Of a stretch of 64,000 bases of DNA, positions 54,451 to 62,441 are shown in pieces. This DNA comes from Eubacteriales bacterium (GTDB lineage Bacteria; Bacillota; Clostridia; Christensenellales; UBA1750), in the NCBI GenBank assembly GCA_031551255.1, contig JAVBNW010000068.1, forward strand, positions 1,428 through 65,427, given 5' to 3'. The translations under genes were made by a program, and so were the position numbers. Under the pieces are notes generated by a model, which saw only the letters and a list, made by a program, of their open reading frames with translations, did no database searches and was not told the origin of the DNA. How positions within the stretch are numbered: position 1 is the stretch's first letter; every line of letters begins with the position of its first letter.

Positions 54451-55784
54451 GGAGCTGTTCTCCTTTCACCGTGTTTCTTTTTCCAAAGGTCAAGCCCCTC
54501 GCGGAGCGTCCACTTGCCGAATTCCTGTCCGTAGTTGAGCTGTAATCGACCATCGTCCGTATCCTTGCGAGAGATCAAATCCATGATTCCACGATACTTC
54601 ATGCTGACCGGCTTATTCGAAAACGCCGTCGTGAGCACCCCGCGCATTCGTGTTCCGTATTGCATCTCGCAAATATCCTTCATTTCTCGGGATAAGGCGG
54701 CATAAACGATAAGCTTAGAAAGGCGTGGGTAGTCACTTCCATCCACAGGGAAATCAGAAAGCATATACATGTAAGGCGTCTGGATTCCATTCACCGGTCG
54801 GTCGCCCATGCTGTAGGCGAAGCAGCCGATCAGATAACCACCAACCACAACTCCCCACATTGTGTTTGGAGATCCTGGAACAATGTTCACATTCATATAT
54901 TGCGAACGGAGCATGGAGAACTGCCCCATGGATAGCCGTGTAACCTTGATATCGTCCCCGAGATCGATTCCAGTCTTAATCCTTGGTATCTGGATAGACT
55001 CGATCTTTTGCGATGGGTTGACGATTCGTTTTGCTCCCCTGTTGGCGTAGATGTAGATGGGCACGCCCCGGTTGGTAGTCTTACAAATTCCAACGAGATG
55101 ATCGGAAAACTCCGCCTTCGGGTGCATGGTTCCAAATGCCCAATGCTCCTTGGCCATCGACTTTTTGAAAACCTCCCAAATACCTTCGCCACCGAGTAGT
55201 TCGTATGCTGGTGGCTCCCAGGCAATCAGACTGGCGATGTTCTCGTGCATCTTCTCATAGTCACCCTTGAAGAATGGCGGGAAGGCGACGAAGCCCGCCG
55301 TGTAGGGCACCTGGTCGATGAAGTCCACCACGTCGCCAGCGTAGAAGCTGGTAAGTCTGAAATCAGCCGAAGCGAGGCGTTCCACAGTCTTATCGATCAT
55401 GGTATTCCATTGGTCTGCCACAGAGCGCCGCATTTGCTCGTAGTAGGCCGCCGACTTATACATGATCTGCGCGTATTTGCTGATCATCATGACGGTGGCC
55501 ATCTGCTCATCCCGGTCGGCAAAGCGCGCTTGCATGAACCTGTAGCGCTCATCAATGTCCTCGCGAAGCGAAAGACCAAGATCCTCACCGGCAAAATAAC
55601 GCCCCAGGGCGCAGGAGTAGATCGTCACATCATTGGCGCGAATATTCTTGATCCCGATGGAGTGCATAGCACGTTCGATTGTGAGGTTACCTGAACAACC
55701 GACGAATATTTCATCGACGTCCCAGGCTTTCACAATGTCGGCAACCATAGAGACTGCATCAGGCGGTAGAGTGCCGCGAAACAT
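54447..55784 (-). CDS. Dam-like (D12-class) methyltransferase-related N-terminal half with atypical motif IV, fused to an unknown about 230-aa C-terminal domain
   Basis: IFVGCSGN (motif I-like), ANDVTIYSCALGRYF (ND-x-N...Y box), VAFPPFFKGDY in place of DPPY. The C-terminal half has no motif I can name. Confidence 0.45.
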   Translation of the reverse strand: MFRGTLPPDAVSMVADIVKAWDVDEIFVGCSGNLTIERAMHSIGIKNIRANDVTIYSCALGRYFAGEDLGLSLREDIDERYRFMQARFADRDEQMATVMMISKYAQIMYKSAAYYEQMRRSVADQWNTMIDKTVERLASADFRLTSFYAGDVVDFIDQVPYTAGFVAFPPFFKGDYEKMHENIASLIAWEPPAYELLGGEGIWEVFKKSMAKEHWAFGTMHPKAEFSDHLVGICKTTNRGVPIYIYANRGAKRIVNPSQKIESIQIPRIKTGIDLGDDIKVTRLSMGQFSMLRSQYMNVNIVPGSPNTMWGVVVGGYLIGCFAYSMGDRPVNGIQTPYMYMLSDFPVDGSDYPRLSKLIVYAALSREMKDICEMQYGTRMRGVLTTAFSNKPVSMKYRGIMDLISRKDTDDGRLQLNYGQEFGKWTLREGLDLWKKKHGERRTAP

Positions 55785-55813
55785 GAAATACCCCCATGCT
55801 CTATAAAAATTAG

Positions 55814-55842
55814 TTGCCTTTATATGGCAGCTTTGCTATGAT
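55814..55842 (+). promoter_or_regulatory. sigma-70 promoter of the opposite-strand small membrane-protein gene
   Basis: TTGCCT (55814-55819), 17 nt, TATGAT (55837-55842). Confidence 0.5.
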
Positions 55843-55902
55843 TAAGGTGATCGCCTAGGTGTTTCGACCGTTGGTCGATTCTACCGAAAGGCGGCGGTGT
55901 GT

Positions 55903-56073
55903 ATGCCTAAATGGAACGAGTGGATTGGTTTGATTTCGGCAGTGGTCGGAATCGTGAGTGTCACTGTGGCACTTTGTGTGCGACTCTATAACCGCTTCAC
56001 CGACGACTTGGCAAAAAAGATTGCTGACCGGATCAAGTATCCGGACAATAAATCTGATGCTAAGTGCGGTTAA
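55903..56073 (+). CDS. 56-aa single-pass membrane peptide on the strand opposite to the phage operons
   Basis: MPKWNEWIGLISAVVGIVSVTVALCVRLYNRFTDDLAKKIADRIKYPDNKSDAKCG. Has its own promoter and terminator. Below the ORF-track cut-off. Confidence 0.45.
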   Translation: MPKWNEWIGLISAVVGIVSVTVALCVRLYNRFTDDLAKKIADRIKYPDNKSDAKCG

Positions 56074-56161
56074 TGCAGAGCAAGCGGTCGAACTAGCAGA
56101 TTCGCATGCGGAGAGGAGGCGATCTGGTCGTACCGGACATACAGCTATCGCCTAGGCGGTT

Positions 56162-56196
56162 AGGTCTAGCTTCTTTGAAGCTAGACCTTTTCAATT
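56162..56196 (+). terminator. rho-independent terminator of the small plus-strand gene
   Basis: Perfect 12-bp stem AGGTCTAGCTTC / GAAGCTAGACCT followed by TTTTCAATTT. Confidence 0.7.
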
Positions 56197-56218
56197 TAAA
56201 AAGCGGCCTTGTGGCCGT
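56196..56218 (-). terminator. terminator of the DUF488 operon
   Basis: Minus strand GACGGCC-ACAA-GGCCGCT followed by TTTTT, immediately after the DUF488 stop. Confidence 0.5.
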
Positions 56219-56680
56219 CTATAACTTATAGATATCTAACCCTAGCTGTATTCCTGCCGGTGGTCGTATCTGGCCTTCCCGTGGCTCTTCCTTGCGATCT
56301 GGAAGAGCAGGAGCTTCTAACTCCATCACACTCGTTCCTCGCTTTACAAGCCATTCTGCGAGCATCGTGCGATGACACCAATCCGCAGGCTTTCGAACAT
56401 CCTCGAAACATAGCAGCACGATATTCTTACCGGAGGCATACTGCTCAATCAATGACAACACACGAGGATAGCCCAGGCACTCCAGTTGTCGAAAATACAA
56501 CGACTTGAATTTGACGATGTCATTACAGGTAAACGCTTCACGGGATGGTGCAAGGTCATAGATCTGCCCTTCGAGGCAGTACGGTAGCTCGAACCTTGGA
56601 CGTCCCCGGCTGATCCCGCACTTGCGCGCGTCAAAGTCGGCCAGTGCGCGGTTAGCATAGCGGCTTGTAAAAATCTTCAT
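56219..56680 (-). CDS. DUF488 family protein
   Basis: MKIFTSRYAN...NIVLLCFEDVRKPADWCHRTMLAEWL is the characteristic DUF488 signature (LLC-x-E...CHR). Confidence 0.7.
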   Translation of the reverse strand: MKIFTSRYANRALADFDARKCGISRGRPRFELPYCLEGQIYDLAPSREAFTCNDIVKFKSLYFRQLECLGYPRVLSLIEQYASGKNIVLLCFEDVRKPADWCHRTMLAEWLVKRGTSVMELEAPALPDRKEEPREGQIRPPAGIQLGLDIYKL

Positions 56681-56705
56681 GCTACAACTCCTTTTCGGTG
56701 CGTCA

Positions 56706-56957
56706 TTATATAACGATTGGCGTTCTCATTCGCCTGATAACAGCCTGTAAGACATCCATGCCCTGCGACTTAATCTTGTCGACATCCTTCCCAATCGACT
56801 TGTAAAACTCCGGATAAACGATGCATTCGTAGGCGAGTTTCATCGCTTCCGCCTCCTCGTGCGACACTTTGATCCGGAAATCCTTAGCGATTCGGAGAGC
56901 GGCGCGGCGATCACCGCTGTCATAAGCATGAATCGCTAGCTTCGTTTTTTGCATCAA
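56706..56957 (-). CDS. hypothetical 83-aa protein
   Basis: In an operon with the DUF488 gene; helical; no motif recognised. Confidence 0.4.
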   Translation of the reverse strand: MMQKTKLAIHAYDSGDRRAALRIAKDFRIKVSHEEAEAMKLAYECIVYPEFYKSIGKDVDKIKSQGMDVLQAVIRRMRTPIVI

Positions 56958-57151
56958 TCATTCACCTCGAAACTCACACCCTCGGTCAGTAGTACTGTGC
57001 CGAGCCCATCTTCATACGTGGTCATGGTGCGACGCCCTATCCAATCTTCTGGAAAGTCGCGTCCACGAAATTCCCAAACCCCCTGTGTCCATTGGCCGGT
57101 ATAGCCATGGGCTTGTAGCCTCGCCCATTCTTCCCTTGTCACTTTCTTCAT
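56954..57151 (-). CDS. hypothetical 65-aa protein
   Basis: ATG 57151 behind AAGGTGGTGG, with a TGATG overlap to the upstream stop. Confidence 0.4.
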   Translation of the reverse strand: MKKVTREEWARLQAHGYTGQWTQGVWEFRGRDFPEDWIGRRTMTTYEDGLGTVLLTEGVSFEVND

Positions 57152-57840
57152 CAGGCCACCACCTTTGCGGTGCAATTGACGAAGGTGAGGCTCTTACAGT
57201 CAAATCCATGTAGGTGCAGAGATAAGAGCGTTTCTTCCGGTGTGCTTTTATCCGTCCGTTCGTATACGCTGTACCCGCTGGAACTGGTCTCGATGAGCTC
57301 ACGAGCAAGCTCCATGCAATCAACCGGTCGGCCTTTTCGGAAGTTGTTGGCGGAATCGTCGGCATAATCGTCTGTGTAGTAGTAATCGTATTGGGCATCA
57401 TGTATCTGACCGGCAAGAAGGGCTTTCCAGACATGCGCTTTCGTCCAGGAGTTCGGCTTGGAGATCGGCTTGACCTTCACGAAGGGGCTGAACACCTTGG
57501 AGGCCTTCTTCTCGGCGACGTACAATCCACGGTATTTCTCAAGCTCGTATAGATCATTGCGAATGATGCTGATGAGCTGAGCGGCGTTGTCGATCTTAAG
57601 ACGGTTGAGCATGTCGATGTACGTTCCTGGGCCATCTCCATGGAAGTTGGAATTTTCGAAGGTTACTTGGATACGTTCGCAGGTTCGACCTGGCCGCATG
57701 GCGTTCTTTAGCTCGACGAACACAACCTCATCAACGTAGAAGGCCAACCGGCAGTTTTCGTTTTCGATGAAGTATTCCTTGCCGATCTGGTTGACCAGCG
57801 GGACGTCCTTGGCCGCTTCGACGATCTGGAAGCTCCTCAT
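57151..57840 (-). CDS. hypothetical 229-aa protein (first gene of the DUF488 cassette)
   Basis: ATG 57840 behind GGGAGG (7 nt). No recognisable domain. Confidence 0.55.
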   Translation of the reverse strand: MRSFQIVEAAKDVPLVNQIGKEYFIENENCRLAFYVDEVVFVELKNAMRPGRTCERIQVTFENSNFHGDGPGTYIDMLNRLKIDNAAQLISIIRNDLYELEKYRGLYVAEKKASKVFSPFVKVKPISKPNSWTKAHVWKALLAGQIHDAQYDYYYTDDYADDSANNFRKGRPVDCMELARELIETSSSGYSVYERTDKSTPEETLLSLHLHGFDCKSLTFVNCTAKVVA

Positions 57841-57875
57841 GATGATACCTCCCATAGTGGTTTACTTGCGGTTAT

Positions 57876-57904
57876 ATGATATCATTTATCAGCGTATATG
57901 TCAA
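57876..57904 (-). promoter_or_regulatory. near-consensus promoter of the four-gene cassette with a palindromic operator over the -10
   Basis: Minus strand TTGACA (57904-57899), 17 nt, TATCAT (57881-57876). The perfect palindrome ATGATATCAT (57876-57885) overlaps the -10. Confidence 0.55.
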
Positions 57905-57912
57905 GAGTTCGC

Positions 57913-57941
57913 TTGCTTTTATCGCTGATTTTTGATATTAT
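57913..57941 (+). promoter_or_regulatory. divergent promoter of the RHH gene
   Basis: TTGCTT (57913-57918), 17 nt, TATTAT (57936-57941) with an upstream TG (extended -10). Confidence 0.5.
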
Positions 57942-57964
57942 TTAACTACTGGGGAGGCGTAATC

Positions 57965-58225
57965 ATGAAACCAAGAGGAAAACCATTCGAGCCCGGCGTT
58001 TCGGGCAATCCTGACGGACGCCCCAAGTCGAAGAACCCTAAGAAGGGTCGTATGGTTTTGCGTGCTACAGATACGGAATGGGACGCATTGACTGAGAGGG
58101 CTATGTCTGCCGGTATGTCTGTTATGGGTTATGTGCATGGTATCGTGTTTGGGGATTCGTCATCAGGGGGAGCAGAACAAATTCGTGCGCGTGAGGATGC
58201 AATCAAACAATCGAAAGCAACATAG
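57965..58225 (+). CDS. small DNA-binding protein: DUF5681-like N-terminus plus ribbon-helix-helix (MobC-like)
   Basis: ATG 57965 behind GGGGAGG. GKPFEPGVSGNPDGRPK, then RMVLRATDTEWDALTERAMSAGMSVMGYVHGIV (RHH pattern). Confidence 0.55.
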   Translation: MKPRGKPFEPGVSGNPDGRPKSKNPKKGRMVLRATDTEWDALTERAMSAGMSVMGYVHGIVFGDSSSGGAEQIRAREDAIKQSKAT

Positions 58226-58287
58226 CACTCTCCGGCCCCACCCCTGCCGTGCTTGTGAGAGTATTACCCACCGCTTTCGCGGCACCA

Positions 58288-58326
58288 AAGAAAAAACCGC
58301 TTCCCCGTGAGGGTTGGCGGCTTTTT
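58288..58326. terminator. bidirectional terminator
   Basis: A-run, CCGCTTCCCC-GTGA-GGGTTGGCGG hairpin (with an internal mismatch), then CTTTTT. Lies between the RHH gene and the convergent activator gene. Confidence 0.55.
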
Positions 58327-58368
58327 CATAACCATGTCTGATTATGGAGGAGTAGCAATATCAATGTA

Positions 58369-58815
58369 TCACAGGCTTGGGTGCTTTTGGGTGTACACTT
58401 TATCAATTTCGAGGGCGTCCAACCCTTTTCTTTGCACTTTCTTCAACCAGTCGACGGTATAGTGCGTCTCGTCGCTGATATCTGAAAATGTTTTGCCCTC
58501 GACGTACCGCATACGCAGGACTTGACGTTGGAGAGGGTCAGGAATACCCTCGATGCTTTCCTCGATCGTAAGTACATGGTCGCTGAATGCGGCAACCTTT
58601 CCTCCCCATAGTTCTTTCAGTTCAATGAGCTTTATGATATCATCGCCCATTCGATCTTCCGGAGACGCGCTTTGCACAACCACCTGCTTCCAAGCAGCCG
58701 TACATCTTTCGATTTCGCTATTCAGGCTTTCGATCATATCGCTGAGGTGCTGTTTCTCACGGGCTATCGCCGCGCAATTCTTCAAATCCTCGTAGAGGAT
58801 CGGTACCTTTTGCAT
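58369..58815 (-). CDS. sigma-70 region-4-like phage late transcriptional activator (DUF1492 / RinA-ArpU-type)
   Basis: ATG 58815 behind GGGAGG. C-terminal LQRQVLRMRYVEGKTFSDISDETHYTVDWLKKVQRKGLDAL. Confidence 0.6.
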   Translation of the reverse strand: MQKVPILYEDLKNCAAIAREKQHLSDMIESLNSEIERCTAAWKQVVVQSASPEDRMGDDIIKLIELKELWGGKVAAFSDHVLTIEESIEGIPDPLQRQVLRMRYVEGKTFSDISDETHYTVDWLKKVQRKGLDALEIDKVYTQKHPSL

Positions 58816-58885
58816 TGACAACCGCCTCCCACATGGTATACTTTGCTTGTGCAGGGCCGTTCTTCCATATGGGAGGCGGTCTTTT

Positions 58886-59518
58886 TTATGCTTTGATGAT
58901 ACCGACCGGCTCTGGCGCTCCCGGCTTGCCGTGGAGCATCCTTTGCTCGACGAAGCGGAAGAAGTCTTCTTCTGAAAATTCGTTGGTGTCGAGGAAACGC
59001 AATCCGCTTGCAGTAAACGGGATGCGATGATGCTCGATGTCGGAAGGTTTGACATACTTCCGACCGAAATATGCCTTCATGTCTCGCCAAATTTGCCATG
59101 GTATGGAGTAAAAGTCCTGGAATCCGAACCCCACCACCACCATGCAAAGGGCACCAAGGGCGAAGTGTTTCTCCAAGCAATCGCGCTGCTCATCCGTCAC
59201 GCGGCTCTGGAGTATTCGGTCGCTCTCGGTAAACTTGGCCTCAAAGGCGATTGCACGTCCGCCACGGAGAGTTCCCTTAAAGTCCTGCTGAGCAGTGGAG
59301 GAGAAGAAGCCGCGGAACTGCCCGTGTCCGACTTCGCCCGTGACCTGGAACGGTTCGGGAGTCTTCTCGATCTTTGCAATTCCCTGTTGCTCATACCAAG
59401 CGCACCCTGCTTCTATGGCTTGCTCGAACGCAGCGCCAGCCGCCCGGCTGCGTGCGCCACGAACCTGGGTACGGGGGTCTTTCGCGCCAGAGGCGTGCTC
59501 ATAAACGTTTTGCCTCAT
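58886..59518 (-). CDS. recU: RecU-like Holliday junction resolvase
   Basis: QQDFKGTLRGGRAIAFEAKFT: the D...E-x-K nuclease core as arranged in RecU. Confidence 0.65.
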   Translation of the reverse strand: MRQNVYEHASGAKDPRTQVRGARSRAAGAAFEQAIEAGCAWYEQQGIAKIEKTPEPFQVTGEVGHGQFRGFFSSTAQQDFKGTLRGGRAIAFEAKFTESDRILQSRVTDEQRDCLEKHFALGALCMVVVGFGFQDFYSIPWQIWRDMKAYFGRKYVKPSDIEHHRIPFTASGLRFLDTNEFSEEDFFRFVEQRMLHGKPGAPEPVGIIKA

Positions 59519-59522
59519 GCTG

Positions 59523-59729
59523 TCAAACCTCCACTAACCTTCGCCCGCACATCGGGCAGAAGTTGTTCTCATCGTCGCAAACCAATTTATAGTAATAATC
59601 CTCACCGTCCGGCGGGCAATCAGACAGATTACCGCACTCGCCGTTGTCTACCTCGATTCCATACGGGCAATTCTTTTCGCAGTCTATGCGACGCAAAACC
59701 ATTACTTTGTCGCTACAGTATTCGCACAT
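59523..59729 (-). CDS. Cys-rich zinc-ribbon protein
   Basis: CEYC...C..C...CPMC pairs. ATG 59729 behind GGGGAGGGG. Confidence 0.45.
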   Translation of the reverse strand: MCEYCSDKVMVLRRIDCEKNCPYGIEVDNGECGNLSDCPPDGEDYYYKLVCDDENNFCPMCGRRLVEV

Positions 59730-59733
59730 GTTC

Positions 59734-60576
59734 TCACCCCTCCCCAATCATTATTTGCGCACGCCCATCCATCGCCGCAGGATTAATCCATAAGCATTCC
59801 GTGCGTTTTACTCCACGCTCGGCGGTCGTCTCGAAACTCACTTTCTGCCACCCGCCTAAATGATCGTTATACATCTGACAGTCATATCCACTAAGCAACA
59901 CCATGCCGCTATGCTTTTTAAGGGCATTTAGCAAGGCTTCGTGATCATCGTTCGTCATCTCATGGCGGTATTGATCACCATTGAGAGTACGAGTTTCCTT
60001 CGGATATGGCGGATCGGCGTATACAAGCAGCTCGTTTCCGTTGTAGATCTCAAGTAGCTTGAGCGCCGGACGATTTTCGAATTGTGCATTTTGCAAGCGA
60101 GCGGCAACTTGGACGACCACATCCGGTAACCTTGACCATAATTTGGGATTATCTGGCCCGCCGTTTCTTCGCGCACCCGTTGTATGCCTCCATCCGGTCT
60201 TGCAGTGCGTCCTAGCCCCAAACGTCTGCCAACAACGTACCGCGAACATTCGTGCCGCCTCGACGTCATTCGGGTCATCTTCGCCGAAATCACTGCGCAG
60301 AAACTCGTCGCGGCTCCATGGCGTGAGCGACAGCGCATGTGCAAGCGCCTCGGGTTGATCCCTGCAGGTCTTGAAAAATCGCACCACGCTTCCGTCCAAA
60401 TCATTAATCGTCTCCACGCGCGACGGTGGCTTATTGAAAAATATTGCGCCGCTGCCAAAGAACGGTTCTAGATATCCTTCATGGGGTGGCATATGCGAGA
60501 TAATCCAATCCGCAATCCTCCATTTTGCTCCGGGATATTTTAAGATGGGGTTCACCGTTGCATCTCCTCCGGTCAT
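59734..60576 (-). CDS. dam: DNA adenine methyltransferase (Dam, D12 class)
   Basis: ILKYPGAKWRIADWI, EPFFGSGAIFF, INDLDGSVVRFF, VYADPPYP. Confidence 0.9.
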   Translation of the reverse strand: MTGGDATVNPILKYPGAKWRIADWIISHMPPHEGYLEPFFGSGAIFFNKPPSRVETINDLDGSVVRFFKTCRDQPEALAHALSLTPWSRDEFLRSDFGEDDPNDVEAARMFAVRCWQTFGARTHCKTGWRHTTGARRNGGPDNPKLWSRLPDVVVQVAARLQNAQFENRPALKLLEIYNGNELLVYADPPYPKETRTLNGDQYRHEMTNDDHEALLNALKKHSGMVLLSGYDCQMYNDHLGGWQKVSFETTAERGVKRTECLWINPAAMDGRAQIMIGEG

Positions 60577-61280
60577 TCTTGGATAAGCGGCTCGCCCCAG
60601 ATAGAGGCAAGGCTGTCTTTCATGAAGACCGGCACGCCTTGCTCCCTACAGGTATCCACGATCGCCTGTACCCATTCCCTCTTCGGTATTATCTTTCCCT
60701 TACGGTTGCCGGTCTCTGCCCCGATGATAACCCAGCTTATGCCACTCAGTCCGTTTCCGGCCAGACATCGTGCAATATCCATCATTAGCGGCTCAATCGA
60801 CAAAAACGCGTTGCTCTGTAGGGTTTCGGCCCATGCATTATTTGTGGATGTCGCTCCAGCCCATACATTTGCTGGCATGGTTAAATCCTTGTATCTAGCA
60901 GGGTTCTTCGTCAGAAACATATACGTGTGCTGTGGTGCTGCTTCGGACGCCCGAAACACCTGCTCGATCCACTCATCCGGCACCCATTCGCCGAAAAGGT
61001 CGGCCATGGAGCATACGAAGATGCGCTGAGGCTTTTTGATCTTAGCGGGTTCATCGAGGCGGTATTCATGCAGCGTAGGTTTGAAAAGGAATGGGTATGG
61101 CGTTGTTCCGGCGGTCACAAGTTGAAAACGGTCTCCTTGAAGGAACGCCTTCTTCTGAAAGTCCTCGACCTTTCCGAAACGCTGCGCGATCTTCCGTGCA
61201 TAGCAATACTCGCACCCATGTAAGCAGCCAGTGACCGGATTCCATGTCATGTCGGCCCACTCTATCTTGGTCTTCTGCAT
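60573..61280 (-). CDS. phage Gp37/Gp68 family protein (DUF5131)
   Basis: KIEWADMTWNPVTGCLHGCEYCYARKIA is the canonical N-terminus of the family. Confidence 0.85.
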   Translation of the reverse strand: MQKTKIEWADMTWNPVTGCLHGCEYCYARKIAQRFGKVEDFQKKAFLQGDRFQLVTAGTTPYPFLFKPTLHEYRLDEPAKIKKPQRIFVCSMADLFGEWVPDEWIEQVFRASEAAPQHTYMFLTKNPARYKDLTMPANVWAGATSTNNAWAETLQSNAFLSIEPLMMDIARCLAGNGLSGISWVIIGAETGNRKGKIIPKREWVQAIVDTCREQGVPVFMKDSLASIWGEPLIQE

Positions 61281-61281
61281 A

Positions 61282-61437
61282 TCAGAACCCCCATATCCGC
61301 AGTGCTACGATTGATGTCAACGACGCCAATGTTATCACGAGACCATGCCGCTTCCCGGTCTCGCTTTTCCCGGCCACAGCATTGGCCGCACCGAGCACCG
61401 TAAAGGTAAACAGAAAGACATAGATGGCGACTGTCAC
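61282..61437 (-). CDS. 51-aa two-helix membrane peptide
   Basis: GTG 61437 behind GGAGGGG: MTVAIYVFLFTFTVLGAANAVAGKSETGKRHGLVITLASLTSIVALRIWGF. Its stop lies directly against the next ATG. Confidence 0.4.
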   Translation of the reverse strand: MTVAIYVFLFTFTVLGAANAVAGKSETGKRHGLVITLASLTSIVALRIWGF

Positions 61438-61461
61438 GGTAACCCCTCCTCTTCGATTTAT

Positions 61462-61821
61462 TTACTTCGATCGCTTGGCGTCTCGATTCATGCTGGCGTT
61501 GGTAGGATCGTTGTATATGGGCACCGTGTAATAACTCCTGTCTGAGTAAAAGTCGCGATCGCTTAGCGTCTTAATCCAGCATGGCCTGATTCCCATGATG
61601 ACCCAACCTTCCTTGCAGAAATTATCGCCTCCGAGGATATATGTCACTTCGACCATCATGCATCGTCCGGTTTCATTAAGCTGTTCATCCTTCGAAAGCT
61701 CGTTGAGGGCGAGGAAATCTCCAACATGATAGTTTCGGTCGTTGTATCGAACCTCGAAGGGTTTTCTGCCTTGGGCGATTGCCTCGAAATATTCGTGTTT
61801 AGTTTTAAGTTGATGTATCAT
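61462..61821 (-). CDS. DUF3850 / ASCH-like domain protein
   Basis: HQLKTKHEYFEAIAQGRKPFEVRYNDRNYHVGDFLAL is a typical DUF3850 N-terminus. Confidence 0.7.
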   Translation of the reverse strand: MIHQLKTKHEYFEAIAQGRKPFEVRYNDRNYHVGDFLALNELSKDEQLNETGRCMMVEVTYILGGDNFCKEGWVIMGIRPCWIKTLSDRDFYSDRSYYTVPIYNDPTNASMNRDAKRSK

Positions 61822-61851
61822 GACGGCTCCTTTCTTGCCGGAAAACGCATG

Positions 61852-62073
61852 TCATCGCCGTGGATAGGCGCACCCTAATCGAAGGCTTCGTTCGATTTCT
61901 CTGGCTATGTCATGGGTGATATCTTCCGTGATGCCCGACTCTATGTTTATGGCAATAGGCCTCTTTTCGGGGACGAGGTAGGCGCATGCTTCTAGGCGCT
62001 TATTATCGCAATCGTTGTGTTTGGGGCATGATTGGCATTTTGTAGATGTTCTGGAGAAAGAACCCGTTTTCAT
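61852..62073 (-). CDS. hypothetical 73-aa Cys-containing protein
   Basis: ATG 62073 in an ATGA overlap, with a GGGAGG RBS. Confidence 0.4.
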   Translation of the reverse strand: MKTGSFSRTSTKCQSCPKHNDCDNKRLEACAYLVPEKRPIAINIESGITEDITHDIAREIERSLRLGCAYPRR

Positions 62074-62441
62074 AGAACCACTTTCCTCCCACTCATGCAA
62101 AAGTCATCTTCCCATCGTTCATAACAAAATCCGTGTGTCTCAGATTCTTTCTGGCAATATCCCGTAGGAGATTCTCTATCGCAGAAACGCCTAAAATGAG
62201 CGCAGTCATCGCACCGAACAACGATTACAAGGTTTTCTTCTTTCTGTGCTCTCGCAAGCTCCCGGCATCGCTCTATGGTCATGGCATCCTCATAGGCGGC
62301 AAGGCGGTTGATCGCATCAAGTATTGCAACTGCATTCATTGGGTTTTGCCTTCGAATATCGGCGGGCCATACTTCAAAATTTCCATCTCGCAACCCAACG
62401 CCCCGTTCGTCTCCCACGATTGTCAGTCTCTCCACCCTCAT
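62070..62441 (-). CDS. hypothetical phage early protein (C-terminal Cys cluster)
   Basis: 123 aa. INRLAAYEDAMTIERCRELA, then CDDCAHF...C...C. Confidence 0.45.
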   Translation of the reverse strand: MRVERLTIVGDERGVGLRDGNFEVWPADIRRQNPMNAVAILDAINRLAAYEDAMTIERCRELARAQKEENLVIVVRCDDCAHFRRFCDRESPTGYCQKESETHGFCYERWEDDFCMSGRKVVL

